DNA from: a virus | Virus record (IMG/VR): IMGVR_UViG_3300017605_000678 | Span: 11,537 to 75,536 of that record | Reading direction: 5' to 3' (one strand) | Length of the DNA: 64,000 nucleotides | Translations under genes and position numbers: made by a program | Shown: piece after piece, positions 27,169 to 36,257 of the stretch | Layout: each line of letters begins with the position of its first letter | Position numbering within the stretch: the first letter of the stretch is position 1 | Notes under the pieces: generated by a model | Told to the model about the DNA's origin: nothing | Database searches by the model: none | The model's input: only the letters and a program-made list of their open reading frames with translations

Positions 27169-28490
27169 AAAAGGAGGCCGGGCGTCACGGCGCAACGGGC
27201 GCGCGCTTGCTCGGCATAGTCGGGGTTCAACTCCAGGAGGAGCGCAGAGCGGCCCAGCTCGAGCGCTACGGCGCCGGTCGTGCCGCTCCCGGCAAATGGG
27301 TCCAGGACGATCGCCCGGCCCGTGGGCGCCCCGCCGGAGCACTTGCAGGTCGGGCGCCAGCCCACGGTCTTGCGCTCGCGCATGCCGGCCAGGATCCGCG
27401 CCTTCGTCGCGCTGGCATCCTGGGCGCCGGCGGCGCCGAAGTCTTTGGTCGCTTTGCCGGAGTATTCGCCGTTGGCGTCGCCGCCGCACGCGCGCTGGTG
27501 CTCCAGGTCTGGCTTGCCCTTGCGCACGATCCGAACGTACGGCGCCGCGCAGACGGAGCAGCAGCCTCCGGCCGACGTGCCGGCCAGGATGCACGGTTTG
27601 ACCAAGTCCGGCGGGAACGTCGCGAAATGGGCGCCGGGGTAAGCGTAAGTCGTGATCGTCCACACGCTCCGCTTGTTTCGGTCAGGAACAAGATCGATCA
27701 CGGCCGCGCTGAAACTTGAATTCTGTTTTGAGCCGTTGGCGCCGTTATTGGCCGCCGCCTTTGGATTCAAGCCGGCGATCCGCGAGTAAGCCGATTGTTC
27801 CGGAGCATGGTACCCGCGCCCGCGGGCGGCGCGCGCGTGCGAATCCGGGCTGCTAGCCTCTTTAATCGCCTCGCCATCGTAAAAGTAGCGCGCGGACTTC
27901 GTGAGCAGAAACACGTACTCGTGCGCCTTCGTCGGCCGGTCCGTGACACTCTCCGGCATCGGGTTTGGCTTGTGCCAAATGACGTCCGCGCGCAGCACCC
28001 AGCCGGCCGCCTGGAGCGCGAACGCCACGCGCCAAGGAATGCCGATCAAGTTTTTCGTCGCGAGCCGTCCGGCGCCCTTGTGCTGTTCGTCCTGCCGAGG
28101 AGCACGGTCGCGCCGGAACGAAGACCGGTGGCCGACGCGCGGGCCACTGCTGCGCAGCTTGCGAGCGGCGCGCTCCTGGGCGTGCTGGGTGCCGTCGAGC
28201 GCGCTCTTCGTGCCCACACTGCCGCCCCAGCCGCTCGCCGTGTAGCAGTCCCCGAGGTTCAGCCAGAGCGTTCCATCATCCCGGAGCACGCGCGCCACTT
28301 CGTCGAAGATCTCGACCAGCTTTTGCACGTAGGCCTCGACCGTCCGCTCGCGCCCGATCTGCCCTGGATGATTGTAGTCGCGGACCGCCCAGTAGGGTGG
28401 AGAAGTGACCACGCAATGCACGGAGGCCTCGGGCAGCGCGCGCAGCAGGGCCAGGGCGTCGCCCACGCGCAGATCAAGGGTTGGGCTCAT
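27165..28490 (-). CDS. DNA methyltransferase (N4-C/N6-A, beta class)
   Basis: VTSPPYW, WHKPNPMPESV.DR, HFATFP..L, LDPFAGSGTT. Confidence 0.92.
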   Translation of the reverse strand: MSPTLDLRVGDALALLRALPEASVHCVVTSPPYWAVRDYNHPGQIGRERTVEAYVQKLVEIFDEVARVLRDDGTLWLNLGDCYTASGWGGSVGTKSALDGTQHAQERAARKLRSSGPRVGHRSSFRRDRAPRQDEQHKGAGRLATKNLIGIPWRVAFALQAAGWVLRADVIWHKPNPMPESVTDRPTKAHEYVFLLTKSARYFYDGEAIKEASSPDSHARAARGRGYHAPEQSAYSRIAGLNPKAAANNGANGSKQNSSFSAAVIDLVPDRNKRSVWTITTYAYPGAHFATFPPDLVKPCILAGTSAGGCCSVCAAPYVRIVRKGKPDLEHQRACGGDANGEYSGKATKDFGAAGAQDASATKARILAGMRERKTVGWRPTCKCSGGAPTGRAIVLDPFAGSGTTGAVALELGRSALLLELNPDYAEQARARCAVTPGLLL

Positions 28491-28741
28491 TTCGATTTCG
28501 CGATGAACTCGATCCGCGGGAAATAGCTCCCGGAGATCGTGACCGTATTCGTCTTGCAGCTCGTGCAACGGTGGGGATACTGCGCCGGGCTGCTCGTGAG
28601 CACGACGCCGTCGTGCACCATTTCGCCGCCGCACTTCTCGCAGCGCAAGGTCAGGCGCACGGCCTGGACTTCGTTTGTGATGACGGTCTGGCCAGGAGCG
28701 GCCAGAGCGGTAAGAACAAGGATCGGAAGTAATGGTTTCAT
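28487..28741 (-). CDS. Zinc-ribbon protein with signal-like N-terminus
   Basis: MKPLLPILVLTALAA; CEKCGGEM...YPHRCTSC. Confidence 0.55.
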   Translation of the reverse strand: MKPLLPILVLTALAAPGQTVITNEVQAVRLTLRCEKCGGEMVHDGVVLTSSPAQYPHRCTSCKTNTVTISGSYFPRIEFIAKSK

Positions 28742-29685
28742 GTAATTTTCGGAAACTCGCGCACGCGCAGATCGGCCGGCCACTCCAACGGATCTCCGCC
28801 TTTCTTGTCCATCCAGGCGCCGCGCTCGCGCGCGAAATCACTGTGAATTGACTTTCCGTTGTCGTGGCGGTTGCTGCCCAATTGCTTTACGAAAGGAGCG
28901 ACGCCCGCGGCCCGGCACTGGCGTACGCCGTCGCGGATCCACTCGACATTGCACGGGCGCGCCCCTGGGCCACTTTCGCCGCCGAAAATAACCCAATGAA
29001 TGCCCGGCATGCTGCCGAACGAATCGGCTCCGTTGAAAGCAGCAGCCGCAAGATCGATCGGACCCAGCATTGGCTCGACGGAGAGGAACCGCACGCGCGC
29101 CGGGATCCGGACCAGCTCCGGGATCCGCTCGTCCGCATATTTTTGGTTTCCAGCGCTGGCGCCCATCCAGACGTGCGGCGGAGGATTCCCCTCAAGCCAT
29201 TGCGGAACCATGTCTTCGCGGCTGAAGATCTTCGGCACAGCGTCGGCCAGCAGTTTGTACCAACTCTGCGGACGTTTCGAAAGCAAGAGCCAGTCGAGGT
29301 TTCGGGTCTTGTCGATCAGGTTCAGCAAGTCGGCGCGGATGTTCTTGTCGACCTCCTCGTCGAGCCAGTCAGCCATCGAAGCGCAGAAGACACGCGGACG
29401 GTTTGGAAGATTCGAGTGCTCGCAGCTCGGGCAGTCCTCATATAGGCACGGCCCGTGCACTGGACAACGGAAAGGATACCGTGCCGCCGTACGGTTCCAA
29501 TTGATCGGCCCTCGCCAGTTGTCCTCACTCGTCCGCCTCCGCGGCGCGCCCTTGCCCCAGTTGCCGCCGCCGAACCGTTCGTTGAACGTCTCGGCATAGC
29601 AATTAAGGCACTCGGTAGAAACTTTAGTACAACCGATCCAGCCGTTGAACGTGTGATCGGTCCATTCGATGTTGCTGTTTTGCAT
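28738..29685 (-). CDS. DUF5131 (phage Gp37/Gp68) family protein
   Basis: IEWTDHTFN.W.GCTKVS..C.NCYA, RVFC.SM.D, RFLS.EP.LG, WVI.GGESG, F.KQ.G. Confidence 0.9.
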   Translation of the reverse strand: MQNSNIEWTDHTFNGWIGCTKVSTECLNCYAETFNERFGGGNWGKGAPRRRTSEDNWRGPINWNRTAARYPFRCPVHGPCLYEDCPSCEHSNLPNRPRVFCASMADWLDEEVDKNIRADLLNLIDKTRNLDWLLLSKRPQSWYKLLADAVPKIFSREDMVPQWLEGNPPPHVWMGASAGNQKYADERIPELVRIPARVRFLSVEPMLGPIDLAAAAFNGADSFGSMPGIHWVIFGGESGPGARPCNVEWIRDGVRQCRAAGVAPFVKQLGSNRHDNGKSIHSDFARERGAWMDKKGGDPLEWPADLRVREFPKIT

Positions 29686-30111
29686 TTATCCTTTCAGCAC
29701 GTCGATCCCGGCGGCGCGCGCCAGTTCAAGGATGTTCTCCCATGACAAGGTGAACCATTGGCCTGTCTGGCAACTTTGAACTACCGGAGTGCCAATCATC
29801 AGCGTGCTCATCTTGTAACTGAGTTTCCCACGGGTCGCCTCGCCGACGTGGTTCCGCAGAAACAAGGTCCTGGGCTTGTGGATCTCGCCAATTGACTTGG
29901 ACGCGGCCGGACTCGAACCGGCTTTCGGGTCTCCTCGATTCGAAGTCGAGGGCCGCAGACTGGATTCCGTCCCGGGACGTTTACCCAGCGCTGACTGCTT
30001 CCGCGCAGCTGTCGCGCCCTTCAGAGGCGCGGCTGCCCCAGCCTGGGGCGCTTCCTCCGGTCCGTAATTCCGGAGGCGGCCAGAGCAACCGCGAGATTGT
30101 TTGCGTTTCAT
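29686..30111 (-). CDS. Hypothetical protein whose N-terminal half overlaps the tRNA-like element
   Basis: ATGA-coupled; protein-like C-terminus (RTLFLR.HVGEA...WFTLSW..I..LA..AGID). Confidence 0.5.
   Translation of the reverse strand: MKRKQSRGCSGRLRNYGPEEAPQAGAAAPLKGATAARKQSALGKRPGTESSLRPSTSNRGDPKAGSSPAASKSIGEIHKPRTLFLRNHVGEATRGKLSYKMSTLMIGTPVVQSCQTGQWFTLSWENILELARAAGIDVLKG
29898..30019 (-). ncRNA. tRNA-like RNA (Ala-type acceptor, UCG anticodon loop, D-region insertion)
   Basis: Acceptor GGGCGCG/CGCGTCC+A; T-arm GCCGG-TTCGAGT-CCGGC; anticodon arm CTCGA-CTTCGAA-TCGAG. Confidence 0.55.
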
Positions 30112-30572
30112 GGGAGCAGCGCCGCGGGCACGTCGAGGCGAAAGATCCCTTGCAGGCCGCCGGCGAAGATCGGCGCGTCGAACTGCTGCGCCGCCTCCAG
30201 GAGCCAAGCAAAGCGAAGCGCCGAGTAGTCGCCAAGCGATCGCTCTTCGTAGGAAACTCCGCGCTTCAAAGCGTCCTCGGTCGTGCGAAAGCCGGTCAAC
30301 CGGACCGTGCCGATCAGCGCTCCGAACTCCATTGCGTAAGCCTCGACGCGACGGAACGGCTCCAGCTCCATGAGTTTCTTTTGTTCAGGGCGCCAGACTT
30401 TGGCCGCGTGGATCCCGATCGTCTTGCCGATCAATTTCGACGGCGGGCGCCAGTTGCGGGTCTCGATCTTCTTAATCCCCAGGACGACCAGCAACGCCCA
30501 GGGCTGCCAGAGCGTGAGGCAGGGCAGAGCAACGGTCTCGCTCGGCGCAGGAGGCTGAGGCGCGGCGCTCAT
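30108..30572 (-). CDS. ASCH domain protein
   Basis: LTLWQPWA.L...G.K.IETR.W, IHAAK, G.QGIF. Confidence 0.88.
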   Translation of the reverse strand: MSAAPQPPAPSETVALPCLTLWQPWALLVVLGIKKIETRNWRPPSKLIGKTIGIHAAKVWRPEQKKLMELEPFRRVEAYAMEFGALIGTVRLTGFRTTEDALKRGVSYEERSLGDYSALRFAWLLEAAQQFDAPIFAGGLQGIFRLDVPAALLP

Positions 30573-30988
30573 CCGTTCCCCCTCGGGCTCGTCTCATTGT
30601 GCAACGGAAGCACTCCGTGGGAGGCAATTTCCTCGGCCTTGTCCATGGCTTCCCGCTGAAACCAATCGACAAACTCGCCGACCTCGAACTCCAGGCGGTC
30701 GGCCGCGGTCAGCACAGAGAGGCGCCACGGCGCCCCGACCAGCCCGTCCTCGGCATAACGGTCGCGCGCCCGTGAGGCCACGATCCGGCCGTAGTTCTGG
30801 AGCGCCAACACGTCGCCGGCATCCCACTCGCCGCAAGTGATCCGGTTGTAGGCGGTACGGAACGGGTCCTTTTCTTTGGCGTCGCGCAGCTCGGGCGCGA
30901 ATGTCTCCAGCATGTTAAAGGCCTCGCCGAGCCGCTTTTCCCAGCAGGGATCGTCCGCTTCGTGTCTGTAGATCGTTCGTGATGTCAT
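30569..30988 (-). CDS. Hypothetical protein
   Basis: ATGA-coupled ORF. Confidence 0.5.
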   Translation of the reverse strand: MTSRTIYRHEADDPCWEKRLGEAFNMLETFAPELRDAKEKDPFRTAYNRITCGEWDAGDVLALQNYGRIVASRARDRYAEDGLVGAPWRLSVLTAADRLEFEVGEFVDWFQREAMDKAEEIASHGVLPLHNETSPRGNG

Positions 30989-31200
30989 AGGGTTTTCTCC
31001 ACTTTCGGAAACACAAATTTGCCGTTGCTGCAGTCCGTTCCGGTATAGCACAGCCAGCCGGACTCCACAGCCCGGTCCAGGCTCTTCCACGGGCGCAGGC
31101 CGGCCTTGCCCAGGGCGGCCAGGATCTCGCCGCGGCTGAACTCGGTCCGGCCCGTGGCGCGCAGCTTGGCCAGGACGGCATCGATCGCAGGAGTGCTCAC
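30985..31200 (-). CDS. Small winged-helix-like protein
   Basis: FSRGEIL...LDRAVESGWL. Confidence 0.45.
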   Translation of the reverse strand: MSTPAIDAVLAKLRATGRTEFSRGEILAALGKAGLRPWKSLDRAVESGWLCYTGTDCSNGKFVFPKVEKTL

Positions 31201-31421
31201 TCTTGACCTCCTGCTTCCAGATCAGCGCGCGCCGCATTGGCAGAGTACGGCTCATCAAAATACGGACCGTCGTCATGGTAGCTCGCGATCGCGACAAGAG
31301 CGCGGACCAATCGTCGCACTTGCTTTGCTGAATACCGGCCTCCGAACCTCAGCTTGCCGCCGGCGCATGTTCGCACGCTCCTGATCTCGACCGTCTGTTC
31401 TTTCTTAACTTTGGATTTCAT
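31197..31421 (-). CDS. Hypothetical protein
   Basis: ATG preceded by a GC hairpin and ACGAGCGAAC. Confidence 0.5.
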   Translation of the reverse strand: MKSKVKKEQTVEIRSVRTCAGGKLRFGGRYSAKQVRRLVRALVAIASYHDDGPYFDEPYSANAARADLEAGGQE

Positions 31422-31470
31422 GTTCGCTCGTTTGGAGCGGCCCACGAAAGGGCCGCCCCGGTTCAATGAT

Positions 31471-31836
31471 TCAAAACGGGATCCCGTGATCCGGGCCGGA
31501 CAGCTCTGGCGCCGGAGCGAGCACGGGCTGGCTCGGCCAGATTTCGATCCGAACCTCAGGGTCGATTTGTTCCGGCCGCAAAGAGTTGACGGCGGAGCGG
31601 ACGATCTCGGGGCTGGATCCGGAGGAAATAATCCGGAGCCCCTCGCCGAGTAACCCATCAGTGATCGGGCAGTATTCCGGGAACAGCGCGACCGCGACCG
31701 TGTAACCATCCTTCACGAGGGCCATCGCGCGGGCGCGTTGGCTGTTGTCGCGGCGCATGGAGGAAACCGCGTGCGCGCGCTGATAGTCGTTCCGGTACCC
31801 GTCGTCCTCCGCTTCCAGTTCAAATCGTTCGTTCAT
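31471..31836 (-). CDS. Hypothetical early protein
   Basis: A-rich start context after a hairpin. Confidence 0.55.
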   Translation of the reverse strand: MNERFELEAEDDGYRNDYQRAHAVSSMRRDNSQRARAMALVKDGYTVAVALFPEYCPITDGLLGEGLRIISSGSSPEIVRSAVNSLRPEQIDPEVRIEIWPSQPVLAPAPELSGPDHGIPF

Positions 31837-31885
31837 TTGGTTTTTGAAGTTTGGGGCGGCGCAGGCCGCCCCGGTTGTCGTCGAG

Positions 31886-32182
31886 TTACAGTCCCGGGTC
31901 CGCGTCGCTCGTCACGCTGAATCCGTCGAACACGCCGCCGCAGTCGGCCTCGTTGAATGCCACCGGCGCCGGCCGCTGGTCCCAAGTGACCTCCGCGCTC
32001 AGCGGCAGGCCGTCCGCCGACTGCCGGCGGTTGGTGCCCGTGATGTAGGCCCAGCCGGGCGAGGAGTTGATCACGCGGCCGCCGATCTTGGCCACGACAG
32101 CGCGGAGGGTTTCGCCGACCACGGTCAGCTCTTCGCGGAAAAAGCCGGCCGACGCCTGGAAGGTTACGTTGAAGGTTTTCAT
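31886..32182 (-). CDS. Hypothetical early protein
   Basis: First gene after cassette D; ends DCGGVFDGF.V.SDADPGL. Confidence 0.65.
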   Translation of the reverse strand: MKTFNVTFQASAGFFREELTVVGETLRAVVAKIGGRVINSSPGWAYITGTNRRQSADGLPLSAEVTWDQRPAPVAFNEADCGGVFDGFSVTSDADPGL

Positions 32183-32284
32183 TTTCGTTCGTTCGTGGGG
32201 CGCCTTACGGGGGCGGCCCCTCTTTCTGGTTGTGACCATCGTCGATTTCCGCCGCCAAGTAAAGAGTTTTTTTACTCTTTTTTT
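32183..32284 (-). promoter_or_regulatory. Repeated early cassette, copy D
   Basis: TTTACT-N17-GATGGT; CCCGTAA hairpin; ACGAACGAACGAAA-ATG. Confidence 0.85.
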
Positions 32285-32777
32285 AGGCCCCAGAATCTGG
32301 CCGTTTATGGCCGTTTCTGAACTTCAGCAGCCTCTCGGCCGCCATTTTCAAAGGTCCCCCAGACAGCGCCTTGGCCGCGGCCTTCTCCAGCCAGCCCTTG
32401 CGCTTTGGGTCCCGTGCGCCGGCGGCGCGGTCGATCGCCTCGACCCAGCGGATCGCCACGGCCGCCACTTGCAGCAGCTCGGCCCGGCGCTTCTGCGGGT
32501 CTGGCTCCGTGATGGCCTCGAAATGCTCCTCGCTCAAGATCATTGCCCAAGTCTGCTCGCCCGCCTGCATGAGCCGGTTCACTTCGGCCTTTAGTGCGGC
32601 CATCTCCTCGAGCAGGTCCAGGCGCACGCCGTCGGCGTTTTCGTTTCCATGGAGCGAACTCGCGCGAGCAGCCTCCGCCGCCACGTCATGGAACACGCGG
32701 GTCCGAATCGACAGGAAACGGTCCGCGTTCCCGAGCCGGCCAGGACGGCTCCGATCTGGTAGCTCGCCATCGCTCAT
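32283..32777 (-). CDS. MazG-like nucleotide pyrophosphohydrolase
   Basis: TW..IL.EE..EA...R.ELLQVAAVA..W.EAID. Confidence 0.65.
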   Translation of the reverse strand: MSDGELPDRSRPGRLGNADRFLSIRTRVFHDVAAEAARASSLHGNENADGVRLDLLEEMAALKAEVNRLMQAGEQTWAMILSEEHFEAITEPDPQKRRAELLQVAAVAIRWVEAIDRAAGARDPKRKGWLEKAAAKALSGGPLKMAAERLLKFRNGHKRPDSGA

Positions 32778-33913
32778 TTGCTTTTCCATTTGAATCCTTG
32801 CTGGCGCTCGGATCGCTCGCCGTCGAATCCGACCGAATAGCCGAGCCGGCGGTAAAACTCCATCCTGGCCAATGAATGCTTCGTCATAAGCGGGTGCGCC
32901 GTGTCGTGGAAATCGTAGATCAAACCGTGGTTCTTGCCTACGTTTCCGCGCAGCACGCGGCCCGTGCGTTGCTCCGTTTTTGCGCTCGAGCGACCACCGC
33001 ATGCCAGGATCAGCACGTTCGCGTTTGGCAGGTCCAGGCCCTCGTCGGCGAGGCTGGTCGCCACGAGGCACTGTATCGCCCCGGCCCGGAAGCCGTCCAT
33101 TGCCGCGCGGCGCGCCTTGGCTCCCATCTTCGAAAAGCAGACAACGGCGCCCGGGATTCTCTCTCCGAGAAACTGGCCGTGCTCGACCTTATTGACGAGG
33201 ATCAGCACTTGGTCGGTAGCATGCTGTAGCGCCTTCGTGATCACGTAGCCATTGCGGCCGACGTTCTGGACAATGCCGACATCGATACAGACGCGGAACG
33301 CAATTTGCCCCCACAGCTCTTGCTCCGGGATCTGGGAGAAACGGCGCCGCCGGCTCAGCTCACGGTTGATCAACTTGTCCATGCCAGCGGTCAAACTCTG
33401 GTCCGAAGTGGCGATCATGCGCACGAAAGCCGGCACCATCATTTCCTCGACCTCCTCGCGCTCGACCCAGAGCGCCTCACTGAACAGCTCCAGCAGCCGA
33501 GCCAGCTCGTCCTTGTCCTCCGGAGGCGTCGCCGTAAAGCCCCAGCGGGCGCCCTGGGCCGCGGCGATCTGGCCAGCCCAGGAGGGCGCCAGGGCGTGGT
33601 GCGCCTCGTCCACGATCAAGACGTCGGCGGACGTCCAGTCCTGGCAGCCGGCCGCGCAAGCAACCGTGCACTCGGCCTCAACTCCGACGCGCGCGATCGC
33701 TTCGCGCGCTTGCTCGACCTGCTCCTGGGTATTGGCGATCCAGCCCACGCGCACGGCTCGCGCCCGAAAGCGCGCTTCGATCACGCGGCGCAGGGCGGCC
33801 GCGGCAATGATCGTCTTGCCGCTCCCGGCCGGAGAGACCACGAGGCCACGCCGGCGCCCCGCCAGCCATTCCACGGCCTCTTGCTGGTGGGGCTTCAGCT
33901 CGAGAGCATTCAT
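32774..33913 (-). CDS. Superfamily 2 (DEAH) helicase
   Basis: PAGSGKT, IVDEAHH, GFTATP, EGLDLP, QRTGRVLR. Confidence 0.92.
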   Translation of the reverse strand: MNALELKPHQQEAVEWLAGRRRGLVVSPAGSGKTIIAAAALRRVIEARFRARAVRVGWIANTQEQVEQAREAIARVGVEAECTVACAAGCQDWTSADVLIVDEAHHALAPSWAGQIAAAQGARWGFTATPPEDKDELARLLELFSEALWVEREEVEEMMVPAFVRMIATSDQSLTAGMDKLINRELSRRRRFSQIPEQELWGQIAFRVCIDVGIVQNVGRNGYVITKALQHATDQVLILVNKVEHGQFLGERIPGAVVCFSKMGAKARRAAMDGFRAGAIQCLVATSLADEGLDLPNANVLILACGGRSSAKTEQRTGRVLRGNVGKNHGLIYDFHDTAHPLMTKHSLARMEFYRRLGYSVGFDGERSERQQGFKWKSK

Positions 33914-34095
33914 GCTTCGATCAATTTCGTAAGGTCGCGCCATGCGCCGTCGTCCAGGTCCGCGTCGTAATCGACATTCAAAAGCGCATTGCAGTTTGGA
34001 CAGCGGACGTGCTTTGGCGATTGTTCATAGTCGACCGGAACGTCTGATCCGCAGCAGGGACACTCGTGTTCCACGGTGGTAGTTCTGGCGCTCAT
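33910..34095 (-). CDS. Small zinc-ribbon protein
   Basis: CPCCG...CPNC..LL. Confidence 0.55.
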   Translation of the reverse strand: MSARTTTVEHECPCCGSDVPVDYEQSPKHVRCPNCNALLNVDYDADLDDGAWRDLTKLIEA

Positions 34096-34499
34096 CGATA
34101 GCCCTTGCTCTTCATCCAGGCTTGTTTTTGCTGGGCGACATGTCGGCACGTCGCGCGCAAAGTTTCAAGAGAAACGGTGCCGGCCCTGAATCCGTCCAGA
34201 GCGGTGATCATCTGATCGTCCCACTTGCTCAAATAAGCCTTGCCGCGAGCCGCCTTCATTTTCTTTTCGAGCGCTCGCTCGCATTGCACGGCGCAGAAGT
34301 CCCGCGCGAAACTGTTCAGGCATCCCTTCATCATGCCCTTGGTCGTCCCGTCCGACATAAGCGCAGTGAAGACGTAGCGGCCCTCTGCGCCGCAATGCGG
34401 ACAGCGCGCACTCGGCTCCGGATCGCAGGGCCCGAAGTCTTCGCAGCCGAGGACCGCAATTACCGACGGACGCGGGGTTGTGTTCAGCGTGGTCGTCAT
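34092..34499 (-). CDS. Zinc-finger early protein
   Basis: CPHCG..GRYVF...GC, loosely similar to 20853-21407. Confidence 0.55.
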   Translation of the reverse strand: MTTTLNTTPRPSVIAVLGCEDFGPCDPEPSARCPHCGAEGRYVFTALMSDGTTKGMMKGCLNSFARDFCAVQCERALEKKMKAARGKAYLSKWDDQMITALDGFRAGTVSLETLRATCRHVAQQKQAWMKSKGYR

Positions 34500-34512
34500 G
34501 GCGCGCTCTGAG

Positions 34513-34785
34513 TTAGTTATTGTCCCACGCATCCTCACGCGCCAGCACGATCTCGCGCATGACCGCGGCCTCGATCTCCGCCTCGCCCTCGTCGGACTTC
34601 ATCCAGGCCAGCGCGGCCTCTCGGGAGCAGCCCTCGACGGTGCGCAGCTCCGGGTCGATCTCCAGCTCGTCGGCCGTGCCCGGGCTCCAGCGCGTTTGCC
34701 GTTCGCCGGGGAAAAAGCGGACCTCGGTCTCCAGGTCAATGATCACGTCTTCGCCGCCGATCGTGGGTTCCAGTTGGATTTTCAT
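34513..34785 (-). CDS. Acidic hypothetical early protein
   Basis: First gene after cassette E; PGE..T...PG motif. Confidence 0.6.
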   Translation of the reverse strand: MKIQLEPTIGGEDVIIDLETEVRFFPGERQTRWSPGTADELEIDPELRTVEGCSREAALAWMKSDEGEAEIEAAVMREIVLAREDAWDNN

Positions 34786-34885
34786 TTTCGTTCGTTCCGG
34801 GCGCCCTTACGGGGGGCGGCCCTCTTTCTGAGAAGACAATCGGCGATCGGCCTCCGGAAGTAAAGAGCTTTTTTACTCTTTTTTT
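34786..34885 (-). promoter_or_regulatory. Repeated early cassette, copy E
   Basis: TTTACT-N17-GATTGT; CGCCC-CCCGTAA-GGGCG; GAACGAACGAAA-ATG. Confidence 0.85.
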
Positions 34886-35187
34886 GAGGCGGTTTTCCTG
34901 GGCTTTTTGCTGCTTTTTGGCGACCTCAGCGCAACGTCTGCCTCTGGCACTCCGGACATTTTCCGGTAAATCTCCAGGAGCATGAGGCCGACGCCCAGGC
35001 GCGGCTCGGCCCGCTGGCAGTAGTCCGGGAAAAGCCATTGGCGGATGTTCCCAGGGTACTGGCGCCGGCCCGTCATCCTGGACAGTTCCGAGCATACGTA
35101 AGCCATGGATCCGCGGTTGGCCCGCACGTACTCAGCCAGCGGCGCAAGGGCCGCGTCGCTCCGTTCTTGTGTTGGGTCTTTAGTCAT
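34873..35187 (-). CDS. Putative HTH protein
   Basis: V..ELS..TG.....NI.QWL...EP. Confidence 0.5.
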   Translation of the reverse strand: MTKDPTQERSDAALAPLAEYVRANRGSMAYVCSELSRMTGRRQYPGNIRQWLFPDYCQRAEPRLGVGLMLLEIYRKMSGVPEADVALRSPKSSKKPRKTASKKE

Positions 35188-35238
35188 AAATCGTTTGTGG
35201 CGCTCTGGGTCTCGTGGTCCTCTGGCGCTCTATCTTTC

Positions 35239-35454
35239 TCAGCCGACAGCCGGCAGAGGCCACGCTCCAGGCTGCTGGAGAAAGGCCGCGATGTTGTTCT
35301 CTGCCTTGTCGATCGCGCGGACGTATTCGACCCGCGCTTCCGCTCTTGCCCAGGCGTCGCCGCCTCGCTCTTGGTCGAGGAGCGCGACCCTGGCCGTGTT
35401 CTCGGCGATCAGTCGGACATTTTCCGCGATCCCTTTTGCGAACTTTGATTGCAT
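35239..35454 (-). CDS. Hypothetical protein
   Basis: Minus-strand ORF filling the operon. Confidence 0.4.
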   Translation of the reverse strand: MQSKFAKGIAENVRLIAENTARVALLDQERGGDAWARAEARVEYVRAIDKAENNIAAFLQQPGAWPLPAVG

Positions 35455-35463
35455 GTTTTCCTT

Positions 35464-36009
35464 TCATTCCCCCTCAGTCCAGCGGCCCCGCGGATGAGCC
35501 TGGGGCGGAGCGGACGCGTTCGCGTTCAGCGTCCGGTCCTCTGCTCGCATAAACAGCTTCTCCTTCAGAAAAATTGCCTCATATGCGGATCCGACGGTCC
35601 ACGACTTATTGCCAGCCGGGTTCTTGACAGGGATCGAGTAAGAGCCGCTGCTGTTACGTAGAATCGGCCGGCTCCTGTCCAGGAACAGCAGCCCGTCGTC
35701 GCTCGTCCAGGGCTTGCCAGCGCGCGCGCTCCAATCGCTCAGCGCGATCTCGTCGTCCATGTCGTTGGAGTAGTAGCGGTGGCCCTCCTCCTTGATCAGC
35801 TTCCACATCCGAACGGGAAGATCGCCATGCATGCGAGAGGAAGCAACCGACGCCAAGTGATCGTGCGCCTTCTCGATCCACAGCTGCCGATCCCGTTTGA
35901 AACAAGCCAGGATGAATTCCGCGGCGGCCGCCCGGCCGACTTCGGCCGAGCGCTCCGCGTTCGCCTGGGCGCAAATCGTGCGCGCCAGCTCTTCGATTCG
36001 CTCGCTCAC
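35464..36009 (-). CDS. Hypothetical protein
   Basis: GTGA-coupled ORF. Confidence 0.5.
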   Translation of the reverse strand: MSERIEELARTICAQANAERSAEVGRAAAAEFILACFKRDRQLWIEKAHDHLASVASSRMHGDLPVRMWKLIKEEGHRYYSNDMDDEIALSDWSARAGKPWTSDDGLLFLDRSRPILRNSSGSYSIPVKNPAGNKSWTVGSAYEAIFLKEKLFMRAEDRTLNANASAPPQAHPRGRWTEGE

Positions 36010-36257
36010 TTGGCGCCTCCTTCGAAGCGCACACACGGCGCAAAGTGGATCTCGCTCAGGCCCTCCGCGGCAGTCATAGACCCGTCGGAAATAAAGTCGG
36101 AATTGAGATCGGCGGAAACCTCTAGCTCGCTTGCCGCGTCGATCTCAAAATTCTGCTCGCCCTTCAGCTTCTCGCAATCGGCGCAGTCGGCCGCATGCAC
36201 CACAAACTGGCCCTTGCTCTGGTCCCGCAAGTTGGGTCCGAAGATTTTCAGCTTCAT
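36006..36257 (-). CDS. Hypothetical early protein
   Basis: GPNL.DQSKG.F.VHAA.CADC...FAPCV. Confidence 0.6.
   Translation of the reverse strand: MKLKIFGPNLRDQSKGQFVVHAADCADCEKLKGEQNFEIDAASELEVSADLNSDFISDGSMTAAEGLSEIHFAPCVRFEGGAK

Noticed and set aside
29898-30019. tmRNA or a standard tRNA-Arg/Ala
   Set aside because: Too short for tmRNA (no tag reading frame or pseudoknots) and too long and non-canonical for a standard tRNA; kept only as tRNA-like
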